Counted from the stretch's first letter, positions 1-9,591 are shown. The stretch is DNA of 64,000 bases from Roseovarius sp. (GCA_014359765.1 JACIYT010000001.1:263569-327568), one strand, 5' to 3'. The notes: a model not told the origin generated them from the sequence alone. Program-made: numbers and translations.

Positions 1-1
1 C

Positions 2-1921
2 GACGACCTCCTGACCACGATGGCGCGGGTGTTCGGGCCGCTGCCCGGCGGGCTCGCCGTGTCGGTGGTGGTGGTGGGGGCGTTTCTCGCCGCCTCGACG
101 GGCATCGTGGGCGCGACGGTGGTGACGATGGGCCTCCTGAGCCTGCCCACCATGCTGCGCAACGGCTATTCGCCGCAGCTGGCCACCGGGGTGATCTCGG
201 CCTCGGGCACGCTGGGGCAGATCATTCCGCCCTCCATCGTCATCGTGCTGCTGGGCACGCTGGCGGGCGATCTCTATTCGGTCTCGCAGGAAAAGCGCGC
301 CATCGCCGCGGGCTGCACCGACGCGCTCACCTATCTCGGCACGCCGGCGGTGGTCTCGGTCGGCACACTGTTTCAGGCGGCGCTGCTGCCCGGCATCCTG
401 CTGGCGCTGCTCTATGCGCTCTATGCCTTCGGCTATGCCCTCCTCTACCCGTCGCGGGCGCCGGCGGTGCAACTCGAAAGCGTGGCAGGCGGCGAGGTCA
501 TCACGCGGCGCGAGAGCTTTACCTGGTTTCTCGGTGTGCCGGTGGCGCTGATTGCCGGGGCGATGCTGCTCGGGCAGGTCAATATCATCGGCTCGCAGGA
601 TCTGAGCGTGGACACCTTCACCGATCAGGGGCAGATGGCATCCCTGCGCACCAATGTGAGCGACGAATGCCGCGCCTCGATGATCGCGCTCCACGGGCAG
701 GAGGCCTGGGATGCGGCGGTGGCGCAGCAGGCGGAGATCGACGCCTCCGGCGGCGTGACGGCGAGCGTCCGGCTCAGCCCCGAGGAAATCGCGGCGCAGC
801 GCCTCGAGAAGGCGGCGAATGCCCCCCCGATCGGCACCGGCGTGGCCACGCTCATGGTTCTCTTCGGGCTCACCCTCGCGGTGGCGCGTGGCGTGGCGCC
901 GTCGGCCGATCCGCGCCCGCTGCTCGTCGGGGCGCTCGGCATCGTGCTGGGCCTGCTGGCCGATATCGCGCTCATCGCGCCTTCGACCTCTCCCGGAGCG
1001 ACCTGGCTGATCATGGCGATCCCGGTCGCTCTCGCGCTCTACGGGGTGGGCCATGGCGCGATCCGCATGGCGCGCAACGATCTGATCCGCGTGGTCTTTC
1101 CGCCGCTGGTGCTGATCGTCGCGGTGCTCGGCTCGATCCTCGGCGGGATCACCAACCCGACGCCGGCCGCCGCGCTGGGCGCGGGCGGGGCGATCATGCT
1201 CGCGGCCTATCGCAAGCTGCGCGACCAGGATCGCTCGCCCCGGGTGATCCTGTTCTCGACGCTGGCGATCGTGCTGGCCATCCTCATCGGCATCAATTTC
1301 GATCTCAGGCTGAATCAGAGCGCGGCCGGTTTCGAGACCTGGATCATGTTCGGCCTTGCCTATGCCGCCTATCTCTACGCGATGTTCGGGCTGCTGTTTG
1401 CCTGCTGGGTGCTCTACACCGGGGGGGTTCTGACGCCGGTGGTGCGCGAGACGGCCAAGGTCACGAGCATGGTCTTTACCATCCTGATCGGCTCGCAGCT
1501 TCTCAATCTCGTGGTGATCTCCTTCGGTGGAGAGCATTACATCCAGGATTTCCTCATGTCCTTCGACAATGAGTTCAAGGTCTTCCTGATCGTGATGCTG
1601 GTGCTCTTCATCCTCGGCTTCGTGCTCGATTTCCTCGAGATCATCTATATCGTGGTCCCGATCGTCGGCCCGGTGATCTATGGCGGCAGTTTCGATCCGA
1701 AATGGGTCACGATCATGATCGCGGTCAATTTGCAGACCTCGTTCCTGACGCCGCCTTTCGGCTTCGCGCTCTTCTACCTGCGCGGGGTGGCGCCGCGGGG
1801 GGTGACGACGGGGCATATCTACAAGGGGGTGCTGCCCTTCGTGCTGATTCAGATGCTGGGGCTGGCGCTGCTGTGGTTCTTCCCCGATATCGTCACGATC
1901 CTGCCCGATCTGATGGGGTAG
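2..1921 (+). CDS. TRAP transporter large permease (DctM-like), 5'-partial, with a long hydrophilic insertion
   Basis: Open from position 2. DctM motifs ASTGIVGATVVTMG, SGTLGQIIPPS and NLQTSFLTPPFGFALFYLRG; many TM segments. Confidence 0.9.
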   Translation, partial: DDLLTTMARVFGPLPGGLAVSVVVVGAFLAASTGIVGATVVTMGLLSLPTMLRNGYSPQLATGVISASGTLGQIIPPSIVIVLLGTLAGDLYSVSQEKRAIAAGCTDALTYLGTPAVVSVGTLFQAALLPGILLALLYALYAFGYALLYPSRAPAVQLESVAGGEVITRRESFTWFLGVPVALIAGAMLLGQVNIIGSQDLSVDTFTDQGQMASLRTNVSDECRASMIALHGQEAWDAAVAQQAEIDASGGVTASVRLSPEEIAAQRLEKAANAPPIGTGVATLMVLFGLTLAVARGVAPSADPRPLLVGALGIVLGLLADIALIAPSTSPGATWLIMAIPVALALYGVGHGAIRMARNDLIRVVFPPLVLIVAVLGSILGGITNPTPAAALGAGGAIMLAAYRKLRDQDRSPRVILFSTLAIVLAILIGINFDLRLNQSAAGFETWIMFGLAYAAYLYAMFGLLFACWVLYTGGVLTPVVRETAKVTSMVFTILIGSQLLNLVVISFGGEHYIQDFLMSFDNEFKVFLIVMLVLFILGFVLDFLEIIYIVVPIVGPVIYGGSFDPKWVTIMIAVNLQTSFLTPPFGFALFYLRGVAPRGVTTGHIYKGVLPFVLIQMLGLALLWFFPDIVTILPDLMG

Positions 1922-2089
1922 GGGCGGGGCGATGCCTTGCGTGATTGGCCTGTTGCGGCCATTTTGCTGACGCCGCGCATCGACGGGCCGCGGTGCGGCG
2001 ATCCAACGTCAGTTTGGCAGCACTTTATCTCGCCAAGTCCGAAAAACCCCCAAACATCGCGCAAGCGGCAGCCAAATCGCCGTGCCGGG

Positions 2090-2135
2090 GGGCGGCCCGG
2101 CGATGCGCGGCGGCCTTCGGCCTCGATTCCGCGCA
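2090..2135. repeat. Intergenic repeat related to the interior of the MITE-like element
   Basis: 2090-2114 vs 29026-29050 match 22/25; 2120-2135 vs 29060-29075 match 14/16; a variable hairpin lies between the blocks. Confidence 0.65.
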
Positions 2136-2172
2136 AGTTTCGGTCCAACGTCCCCTTCAGGCCAAAACCCGC

Positions 2173-3780
2173 TTAAACCATCATCTCCTTGGTGGCGCTC
2201 AGCGTCACCTCGGGGTAATCGCGCGCCACGCGGTCGATATCCCATTGCAGCCGCGTCAGATAGACCACGTCGCCGTCATTGTCATGCGCGATATGCTGTT
2301 TGTTGGCGGCGATGAAGGTCTCGACCTTGTCCTTCGGCCCCGTGACCCAGCGGGCGGAGGTGAATTGCGACGGCTCGAACCGCACCGGCAGCCCGTATTC
2401 GAGCTCGATCCGGCTGCCCAGAACCTCGAATTGCAACTGCCCCACCACGCCCACGATGAAGCCAGAGCCGAAGGCCGGTTTGAACACCTTGGCAGCACCT
2501 TCCTCGGCGAATTGCATCAGCGCCTTTTCCAGATGCTTGGCCTTCATCGGATCGCCCGCGCGGCAGGTCTGCAACAGTTCGGGCGCGAAGGAGGGGATGC
2601 CGGTCACGCGCAAGTTTTCGCCCTCGGTCAGCGTGTCGCCGATGCGCAACTGCCCGTGGTTTGGAATGCCGATGATGTCGCCGGCCCAGGCCTCTTCCGC
2701 CAATTCCCGGTCGGCGGCGAGAAACAGCACCGGCGCCGAGACGGTGATCGGCTTTTTCGCCCGCACATGGGTCAGCTTCATGCCGCGCCGGAAATGCCCC
2801 GAGGCGAGCCGGACGAATGCCACCCGGTCGCGGTGCCTGGGGTCCATGTTGGCCTGTACCTTGAAGACGAAGCCCGCCACGCGGTCCTCCTCGGGGGCGA
2901 TCTGGCGCGGCTCGGCGCGTTGCGGCTGCGGCTCGGGGCCATAGGCGCCGATCCCCTCCATCAATTCGCGCACGCCGAAGGAATTGATCGCCGAGCCGAA
3001 CCAGATCGGCGTCATATGCCCCTCGCGCACCGCCGCCACATCGAGCGGCGGCAAAAGCTCGCGCGCCATGGCCACCTCCTCGCGCAGCGTCTCCAGAAGG
3101 GCGGGCGGCACGTGATCGGCCATTTTCGGATCGTCCAGCCCGTCGATGCTGATGCTTTCGGCCACGCGGTTGCGGTCGGCGCGGTCCATGAGTTCGAGCC
3201 GGTCGTGGATCATGTCATAGCAGCCGAGAAAATCGCGCCCCTGCCCGATGGGCCAGCTTGCCGGCGTGACATGGATGGCGAGCATCTCCTGGATCTCGTC
3301 GATGATCTCGAACGTGTCGCGGCTCTCGCGGTCCATCTTGTTGCAGAAGGTCAGGATCGGCAGATCGCGCATCCGGCAGACCTCGAAGAGCTTCTGCGTC
3401 TGGCTCTCCACCCCCTTCGCGCCGTCGATCACCATCACGGCGGCATCGACGGCCGTCAGCGTGCGATAGGTGTCCTCGGAGAAATCGCTATGGCCGGGCG
3501 TGTCCACCAGATTGAAGCGATATTTCCCGTAGTCGAAGGACATGGCCGAGGCCGAGACCGAAATGCCCCGATCCTTTTCCATCTGCATGAAATCCGAGCG
3601 CGTGCGCCGCGCCTCGCCCTTGGCGCGGACCTGCCCGGCCATCTGGATCGCCCCGCCATAGAGCAGGAATTTCTCCGTCAGCGTGGTCTTGCCCGCATCC
3701 GGGTGCGAGATGATGGCGAATGTGCGACGCCGCGCGATTTCGGGCGGAAGGGCGGGGCGGTTTGTGGTCTGGTCCAGCAT
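2173..3780 (-). CDS. prfC: Peptide chain release factor 3
   Basis: RRTFAIISHPDAGKTTLTEK, DTPGH and NKMD GTPase motifs. Start placed at MLDQTT (ATG 3780). Confidence 0.97.
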   Translation of the reverse strand: MLDQTTNRPALPPEIARRRTFAIISHPDAGKTTLTEKFLLYGGAIQMAGQVRAKGEARRTRSDFMQMEKDRGISVSASAMSFDYGKYRFNLVDTPGHSDFSEDTYRTLTAVDAAVMVIDGAKGVESQTQKLFEVCRMRDLPILTFCNKMDRESRDTFEIIDEIQEMLAIHVTPASWPIGQGRDFLGCYDMIHDRLELMDRADRNRVAESISIDGLDDPKMADHVPPALLETLREEVAMARELLPPLDVAAVREGHMTPIWFGSAINSFGVRELMEGIGAYGPEPQPQRAEPRQIAPEEDRVAGFVFKVQANMDPRHRDRVAFVRLASGHFRRGMKLTHVRAKKPITVSAPVLFLAADRELAEEAWAGDIIGIPNHGQLRIGDTLTEGENLRVTGIPSFAPELLQTCRAGDPMKAKHLEKALMQFAEEGAAKVFKPAFGSGFIVGVVGQLQFEVLGSRIELEYGLPVRFEPSQFTSARWVTGPKDKVETFIAANKQHIAHDNDGDVVYLTRLQWDIDRVARDYPEVTLSATKEMMV

Positions 3781-3787
3781 GGCGCCG

Positions 3788-3816
3788 CATATAGTGGGGC
3801 CGCGCGCGGGGCGCAA
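3788..3816 (-). promoter_or_regulatory. Sigma70-like promoter of prfC (probably leaderless)
   Basis: TTGCGC-17nt-TATATG-7nt-ATG; no SD in between. Confidence 0.6.
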
Positions 3817-3819
3817 CAT

Positions 3820-3839
3820 GGGGCGCGCGCGCGCGCCCC
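3820..3839 (-). terminator. Perfect 20-bp GC palindrome directly after the VWA gene stop
   Basis: GGGGCGCGCGCGCGCGCCCC is self-complementary. No U-tract, so a terminator role is uncertain. Confidence 0.35.
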
Positions 3840-5024
3840 TCAGCGCAGCAGCGTGCGCATCCCCCGGTCGAGCCCCTCCAGTGTCATCGGCACCATGCGC
3901 CCCTCGAAGATCTCGCGGATCATGCCGATGGACTGGGTGTGGGGCCAGAATTTCTCTCGCACGGGGTTGATCCACAGATGCGCGGGCCATTGCGCCCGCG
4001 CGCGTTCGAGCCAGACCTGCCCGGCCTCGGCGTTCCAGTGCTCGCCCGCGCCGCCGGGATAGGCGATCTCGTAGGGGGACATGCTGGCATCGCCCACGAA
4101 GATGCACTTGTAATCGGACCCGTAGGTATTGAGCACCTCCCAGGTCGGGGTCTGCGCGTCCCAGCGACGGCGATTGTCCCGCCAGACACCGTCATAGAGG
4201 CAGTTGTGGAAATAGTAGTGCTCCATGTGCTTGAATTCGGCGCGCGCGGCGCTGAACAGCTCTTCCACCACCTTCACATGGTCGTCCATCGAGCCGCCCA
4301 CGTCGAGAAACAGCAGCACCTTGACCGCGTTGCGCCGCTCGGGGCGCGTCTTGACGTCGAGCCAGCCCTGTTCGGCGGTGGCGCGGATCGTTCCGTCGAG
4401 GTCGAGCTCCTCCTCGGCCCCGTCGCGCGCCCATTGCCGCAGCCGTTTGAGCGCGACCTTGATGTTGCGCGTGCCAAGCTCCACATCGTCGGCGAAATCC
4501 TTGAAGTCGCGCCGGTCCCAGACCTTGACGGCGCGGCGATTGCGGCTCTCGTCCTGGCCGATGCGCACACCTTCGGGATTGTAGCCATGGGCGCCGAAGG
4601 GCGAGGTGCCGGCCGTGCCGATCCATTTGGAGCCGCCCTGGTGGCGGCCCTTCTGCTCGCGCAGCCGGTCGCGCAGCGTCTCCATCAGCTTCTCGAACCC
4701 GCCGAGCGCCTCGATCTCGGCCTTTTCCTCGGGGCTGAGATGCTTCTCGGCCATCTTTTCCAGCCAGTCGGCGGGCAGGTCGAGCGCCTCGAGCACCTGC
4801 TCGGCGGTGAGTTGTTCGAGCCCCGCGAAACTCTGGGCAAAGGCGCGGTCGAAACGATCGACATGGCGCTCGTCCTTCACCATGGCGGCGCGGGCGAGGT
4901 AATAGAACCCGTCCACGTCATAGGTCACAAGCCCCGCGCGCATCGCCTCGAGGAAGGTCAGGAATTCGCGCAGGGAGACCGGGACGCCGGACTTTCGCAG
5001 GGTATCGAAGAAGGGCAGGAACAT
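3840..5024 (-). CDS. VWA domain-containing protein (CoxE-like)
   Basis: LLFLDVGGSMDDH MIDAS-like motif, FVGDASMSPYE, ELDLDGTIRATA. Confidence 0.85.
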   Translation of the reverse strand: MFLPFFDTLRKSGVPVSLREFLTFLEAMRAGLVTYDVDGFYYLARAAMVKDERHVDRFDRAFAQSFAGLEQLTAEQVLEALDLPADWLEKMAEKHLSPEEKAEIEALGGFEKLMETLRDRLREQKGRHQGGSKWIGTAGTSPFGAHGYNPEGVRIGQDESRNRRAVKVWDRRDFKDFADDVELGTRNIKVALKRLRQWARDGAEEELDLDGTIRATAEQGWLDVKTRPERRNAVKVLLFLDVGGSMDDHVKVVEELFSAARAEFKHMEHYYFHNCLYDGVWRDNRRRWDAQTPTWEVLNTYGSDYKCIFVGDASMSPYEIAYPGGAGEHWNAEAGQVWLERARAQWPAHLWINPVREKFWPHTQSIGMIREIFEGRMVPMTLEGLDRGMRTLLR

Positions 5025-5031
5025 GGCCGCC

Positions 5032-5202
5032 TCAGATCAGGGCCGCGCGGTGCAGGATGAGCGTCAGGAACAGCCCGCAGAGCGCGAAAAGCAACATGTA
5101 AACAAATGAGTAGAGCGCGATGTCGGCGGGTTTGCCCTTGCGCCGCCAGGCGATCATCCCGCCCGCCGCCGCGCCCAGAACTGCCCCCAGGATGACGATC
5201 AT
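5032..5202 (-). CDS. 56-aa two-TM small membrane protein (below the ORF-track cutoff)
   Basis: Hand translation: MIVILGAVLGAAAGGMIAWRRKGKPADIALYSFVYMLLFALCGLFLTLILHRAALI. Purine-rich GGGGAAGAG upstream; fills the gap between two co-directional genes. Confidence 0.8.
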   Translation of the reverse strand: MIVILGAVLGAAAGGMIAWRRKGKPADIALYSFVYMLLFALCGLFLTLILHRAALI

Positions 5203-5213
5203 CGTCTCTTCCC

Positions 5214-6581
5214 CTACCTTCGCGGCGGGGTCAGCGATCCCGCCTCGCGCAGCCGGGCCTCCAGGGTCCGGTCCATGCCGTAGCCGTATCGCGCCCAGCC
5301 CAGACTGTCCAGCCTCGCCGCCTGCGCCTCGGCCAGCCGCCCCTCCATCGCGAGCGCCTCCGATTGCAGCATCATGAGCGTCGCCAGAAGCGCCGCGTTC
5401 TCATGGCGTTCGGCAATACCGATGAAGCGCGCGAGGCGCGCCAGCGCCGCCTCTCTGTCGCCGCGGGCGATTTCGTGGCTGGCCAGGTGCACGGCGACAA
5501 AGGCGCGATGCAGCTCGTTGCCGGGGGTCCTTGCGTGGATCCTGTCGGCCAGCACGAATTGCCGGAGCGCGAATGCCGGCTCGGTGGCCTGGGTGAGCCG
5601 CCCAAGCACGAAATGGCCAAAGGCGCGGCGGTGATCGTTCCAGCCCTCGGCCTGCGCGATCTGCACCGCCGCCACCGCTGCCGCCCGGCGCGCCCCCGCC
5701 CCCGCGTTCGGCCCGAGCGCGGTCTGGATCGCGGCGATCCAGGCGCGCGGGCTGGGCGGCAGAGGGTTCGGCGTGACCGTCTCGCCGCGCGGGTTGAGCC
5801 GCGCGAGGATCGCGGGAAGGCGCGCCGCCACCTCGGCGCGCGACATGCCCGGGCGCAATTCGGGCGCGTGATAGGCGCGCAGGATCAGCATGTCGAACCC
5901 GGTGAGCACCGAATGCACGTTGTCGTCGTTGAACACGCTGTCGGGGAGGCGGTAGAGATCGTTGAGCGGGCCGATGGCCTGGGCGATCTCCTCGTGGAGG
6001 CAGTCGCGGGTTTCCTGCGGGCTGGTGTCGTTGGGCACGAAGAGCGCGACCGTCTCGCGCCGGACGATCCGGGTCCAGTCGGTGCGCCGCGCGTTGCGGG
6101 CGCTGCGGTATTGCCCGAGGCTCGTGATCCCGGGCACCACGAAACAGGCCGCCGAGGGCAGGTGTCGGCGGATATCGGCGCTGCTCACCGCCTCGATGGT
6201 GATATTGGCGCTGCCGGTGGTGACGAGGCGGATATCGACGCCGGCCTCGGCGCGCAGCCGCGCGATCAGCCCGGTGAGATCGGACATGAGCATGTCCGGC
6301 AGGCGCCCCGCCACCCGCACCGTGATCGGCCCCTCGAAGCGCGAGAACTGTTCCAGCACCCGCCCCGATTCCATCTGGAAGGCGAGATCGAGAAAGTCGC
6401 GCGCGATATCGCGATTGGCGCGCTGCGGCGGGGTCGGGCGCGGCGCGGCAAAGCGCTTCATCGGCGGCAGGACGACCTGTTCGGGCATGGCCGAGCGCGC
6501 GCTGGCCGCCTCCCTCGGCAGGGTTCCGGGCGCGCAGGCCCCCAGGACAAGGCAGGACAATAGCAGGATGGTGCGGCGCAT
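5214..6581 (-). CDS. DUF2927-like lipoprotein with helical C-terminal extension
   Basis: Lipobox LGAC after MRRTILLLSCLV; DCLHEEIAQAIGPLND and SVFNDDN motifs. Confidence 0.75.
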   Translation of the reverse strand: MRRTILLLSCLVLGACAPGTLPREAASARSAMPEQVVLPPMKRFAAPRPTPPQRANRDIARDFLDLAFQMESGRVLEQFSRFEGPITVRVAGRLPDMLMSDLTGLIARLRAEAGVDIRLVTTGSANITIEAVSSADIRRHLPSAACFVVPGITSLGQYRSARNARRTDWTRIVRRETVALFVPNDTSPQETRDCLHEEIAQAIGPLNDLYRLPDSVFNDDNVHSVLTGFDMLILRAYHAPELRPGMSRAEVAARLPAILARLNPRGETVTPNPLPPSPRAWIAAIQTALGPNAGAGARRAAAVAAVQIAQAEGWNDHRRAFGHFVLGRLTQATEPAFALRQFVLADRIHARTPGNELHRAFVAVHLASHEIARGDREAALARLARFIGIAERHENAALLATLMMLQSEALAMEGRLAEAQAARLDSLGWARYGYGMDRTLEARLREAGSLTPPRR

Positions 6582-6723
6582 GGCCCCCCCGGATATGCTG
6601 TGGCGGTCCTGTCCGCGCGCCGCGCCGCCCGCATCGCGGCGCCGCCTGCCGGGGCGGGATGCGGGCAAGGTCGCACAGCGCCCGGGCACGATCAACCCCG
6701 CGCCCCGGCGATGACGCCCGCGC

Positions 6724-8367
6724 TCACACCAGGCGCGAGGTCTCGATCGCCGCGCGCACGAAATCAGCAAAGAGCGGGTGCGGCGCGAAGGGCTTGGATT
6801 TCAGCTCGGGGTGATATTGCACGCCGATGAACCACGGGTGATCGGACCATTCCACGATCTCGGGCAGGCGGCCATCGGGGGACATGCCCGAGAAGGCCAG
6901 CCCGCAGGCCTCGAGCCTTTCGCGATATTTCATATCCACCTCGTAGCGGTGGCGGTGGCGCTCGTCGATCCGCGTGGTGCCATAGACCTGCGCCACGCGC
7001 GATCCCTCCCTGAGCACGGCGTCATAGGCGCCAAGGCGCATGGTGCCGCCCTTGTCATCGCTGACATTGCGGCTCACCTTCTCGTTGCCCTGCACCCATT
7101 CCTTGAGGTGATAGACCACCGGCTCGAACCGTTTCCTGCCGGCCTCGTGGTCGAATTCCTCCGATCCGGCATCCCTGAGCCCGGCCACGTTGCGCGCCGC
7201 CTCGATCACCGCCATCTGCATCCCGAGGCAGATCCCGAGATAGGGGATCTTGCGGGTGCGGGCGAATTCGGCGGCGCGGATCTTGCCCTCGGTGCCGCGC
7301 TCGCCAAAGCCGCCGGGCACGAGAATGGCGTGAAATCCGGCGAGATGCGCGGCCGGGTCCTCGCGCTCGAAGATCTCGGCATCGACCCATTCGACCTGCA
7401 CGCGCACACGGTTGGCCATGCCGCCATGCACGAGCGCCTCCTTGATGGATTTGTAGGCGTCCTCGAGCTGAACGTATTTGCCGACGATGGCGATCCGCAC
7501 CTCGCCGTCGGTATTGTGGATGCGGTCCACCACGTCCTGCCACACGCTCAGATCGGGGCGCGGCGCGGGGCTGATCCGGAACACGTCGAGCACCGCCTGA
7601 TCGAGCCCCTCGCGGTGATAGGCCAGCGGCGCCTCGTAGATGGATTTCAGGTCATAGGCGGCGATCACATGTTCCTTGCGGACATTGCAGAAAAGCGCGA
7701 TCTTCTCGCGCTCCTTGTCGGGGATCGGCTGTTCGGAGCGGCAGACGAGGATATCGGGGGCGATGCCGATGGATTGCAGTTCCTTCACCGAATGCTGCGT
7801 CGGCTTGGTCTTGAGCTCGCCGCTCGCCGCCAGATAGGGCAGCAGCGTGAGATGCATGAACAGGCATTGCCCCTGCGGGCGGTCATGGCTGAATTGCCGG
7901 ATCGCCTCGAAGAAGGGCAGCCCCTCGATATCGCCCACGGTGCCACCGATCTCGCACAGCATGAAATCGACCTCATCCTCGCCGATGGCGAGGAAATCCT
8001 TGATCTCGTTGGTCACATGCGGGATCACCTGGATCGTCTTGCCCAGATAGTCGCCCCGGCGTTCGCGCTCCAGCACGTTGGAATAGATCCGCCCCGCCGA
8101 GATCGAGTCGGTCTGCCGGGCGGGCACGCCGGTAAAACGCTCGTAATGGCCGAGGTCGAGATCGGTCTCGGCCCCGTCATCGGTCACGAACACCTCGCCA
8201 TGTTCGAAGGGCGACATGGTGCCGGGATCGACGTTGAGATACGGATCGAGCTTGCGCAGCCGGACCGAAAAGCCGCGCGCCTGCAACAGCGCCCCGAGCG
8301 CCGCCGAGGCCAGCCCCTTGCCGAGCGAGGACACCACGCCGCCGGTGATGAAGATGTAACGCGCCAT
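6724..8367 (-). CDS. pyrG: CTP synthase
   Basis: [18 protein letters not shown]; GICLGMQ; HRHRYE; QYHPE. Confidence 0.98.
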   Translation of the reverse strand: MARYIFITGGVVSSLGKGLASAALGALLQARGFSVRLRKLDPYLNVDPGTMSPFEHGEVFVTDDGAETDLDLGHYERFTGVPARQTDSISAGRIYSNVLERERRGDYLGKTIQVIPHVTNEIKDFLAIGEDEVDFMLCEIGGTVGDIEGLPFFEAIRQFSHDRPQGQCLFMHLTLLPYLAASGELKTKPTQHSVKELQSIGIAPDILVCRSEQPIPDKEREKIALFCNVRKEHVIAAYDLKSIYEAPLAYHREGLDQAVLDVFRISPAPRPDLSVWQDVVDRIHNTDGEVRIAIVGKYVQLEDAYKSIKEALVHGGMANRVRVQVEWVDAEIFEREDPAAHLAGFHAILVPGGFGERGTEGKIRAAEFARTRKIPYLGICLGMQMAVIEAARNVAGLRDAGSEEFDHEAGRKRFEPVVYHLKEWVQGNEKVSRNVSDDKGGTMRLGAYDAVLREGSRVAQVYGTTRIDERHRHRYEVDMKYRERLEACGLAFSGMSPDGRLPEIVEWSDHPWFIGVQYHPELKSKPFAPHPLFADFVRAAIETSRLV

Positions 8368-8478
8368 GCGGCTGGCCTCCCGTGATGCCTGCGTGGTCCG
8401 GTCAAAGCCCCGGATGACCCCCGAAAAGCCACCCGATCACGGGATTTGACCCATAAAGGATTCGGCGCCCCCGTGCAA
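8368..8478 (-). promoter_or_regulatory. pyrG promoter and SD-sequestering leader hairpin
   Basis: TTGCAC(8478-8473)-17nt-TATGGG, then TCAAATCCCGTGAT. CCCGTGAT (8443-8436) is complementary to ATCACGGG (8386-8379), which overlaps the GGGAGG SD. Confidence 0.55.
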
Positions 8479-8529
8479 GGTGGCCCCAGATCATGGTGCG
8501 GGCGCGATGACGCCCGCAAGTCATGGTAT

Positions 8530-8898
8530 TCAGTCGGCGCGCGGCGTGAGCGGCGCGCTGTCGCCTGCCGGCGGCGGCAGGAGGCCTTCGGCATCCGGCA
8601 GCCCCGGTGCGACCGGGGCCGCAGGCGCCGGTGCGCCGGTCTCGCCCATCCGGTCGAGCACCGAGACGCCGGCCGCGTCCCTCGCCGCGATGATGGTGAG
8701 GGTGATCGAGGTCACGATGAAGGCGGCCGCGAGGATCCAGGTGAGCTTGCCGAGCGCGGTGGCCGCCGCGCGGCCGGTGATCGCGCCGCCGCCGCCCCCG
8801 CCAATGCCGAGCCCGCCCCCTTCGGAGCGCTGCATCAGCACCACGCCGATCAGGCCGAGCGCCAGCAGCAGGTGAATGGTCAGGACGACATTTTCCAT
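8530..8898 (-). CDS. secG: Preprotein translocase subunit SecG
   Basis: IGVVLMQRSEGGGLG; LGKLTWILAAAF. Confidence 0.95.
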   Translation of the reverse strand: MENVVLTIHLLLALGLIGVVLMQRSEGGGLGIGGGGGGAITGRAAATALGKLTWILAAAFIVTSITLTIIAARDAAGVSVLDRMGETGAPAPAAPVAPGLPDAEGLLPPPAGDSAPLTPRAD

Positions 8899-9113
8899 GG
8901 CGGCGGGGCCTCTGATTGCTCCTTGGTGTCGCGCGCTGTCTAGGCAATTCCGCGCCCGCCCGCAAGCCGGGAGTGGACGGCCCGTGCGCCCGCTCCATCT
9001 GGGGGTGCGAAATCCCCCCTACCCAAAACCTTGGGGGCAGCCTATAGTGCCTGTGGGTAAGGGGGCGACAGACCCACAATCCGAACGGCAGAGACGAGAG
9101 AGGGGAACGGCTC

Positions 9114-9587
9114 ATGCGCTGCCCGTTTTGCGGAAACATCGACACGCAGGTCAAGGATTCGCGCCCGGCCGAGGAACATGTCTCGATCCGGCGACGGCGG
9201 TTCTGTCCGGCCTGTGGCGGGCGGTTCACCACCTATGAGCGGGTGCAGCTGCGCGACCTGGTCGTGGTGAAATCGAACGGGCGGCGCGAGGAATTCGACC
9301 GCGACAAGCTGGAACGCTCGGTGCGCATCGCGCTCCAGAAACGCCCGATCGACCCCGATCGTATCGAGCAGATGATATCGGGCATCGTGCGCCGGCTCGA
9401 AAGCATGGGCGAGACCGACATCCCCTCCAAGGTGATCGGCGAGATCGTCATGGAGACGCTCGCGCGGATCGACACGGTGGCCTATGTGCGCTTTGCCAGC
9501 GTTTACAAGAATTTCCAGGAAGCCGACGATTTCGATCGGTTCGTGAGCGAGCTGCGCCCGGGCGAGGGCGCGGCGGCGCAAGACTGA
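9114..9587 (+). CDS. nrdR: Transcriptional repressor NrdR
   Basis: MRCPFCG zinc ribbon, [20 protein letters not shown]-cone, [10 protein letters not shown]. Confidence 0.97.
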   Translation: MRCPFCGNIDTQVKDSRPAEEHVSIRRRRFCPACGGRFTTYERVQLRDLVVVKSNGRREEFDRDKLERSVRIALQKRPIDPDRIEQMISGIVRRLESMGETDIPSKVIGEIVMETLARIDTVAYVRFASVYKNFQEADDFDRFVSELRPGEGAAAQD

Positions 9588-9591
9588 GCGC

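Noticed and set aside
1945-4062. Many long opposite-strand or alternative-frame ORFs (e.g. 705, 715, 850, 936 and 962 aa)
   Set aside because: They overlap well-supported genes, are Arg/Ala/Gly-rich and lack motifs; they are typical shadows in high-GC DNA.
8990-9035. Possible NrdR autoregulatory boxes upstream of nrdR
   Set aside because: Both cores have several mismatches and the spacing is 30 bp; too weak to call.
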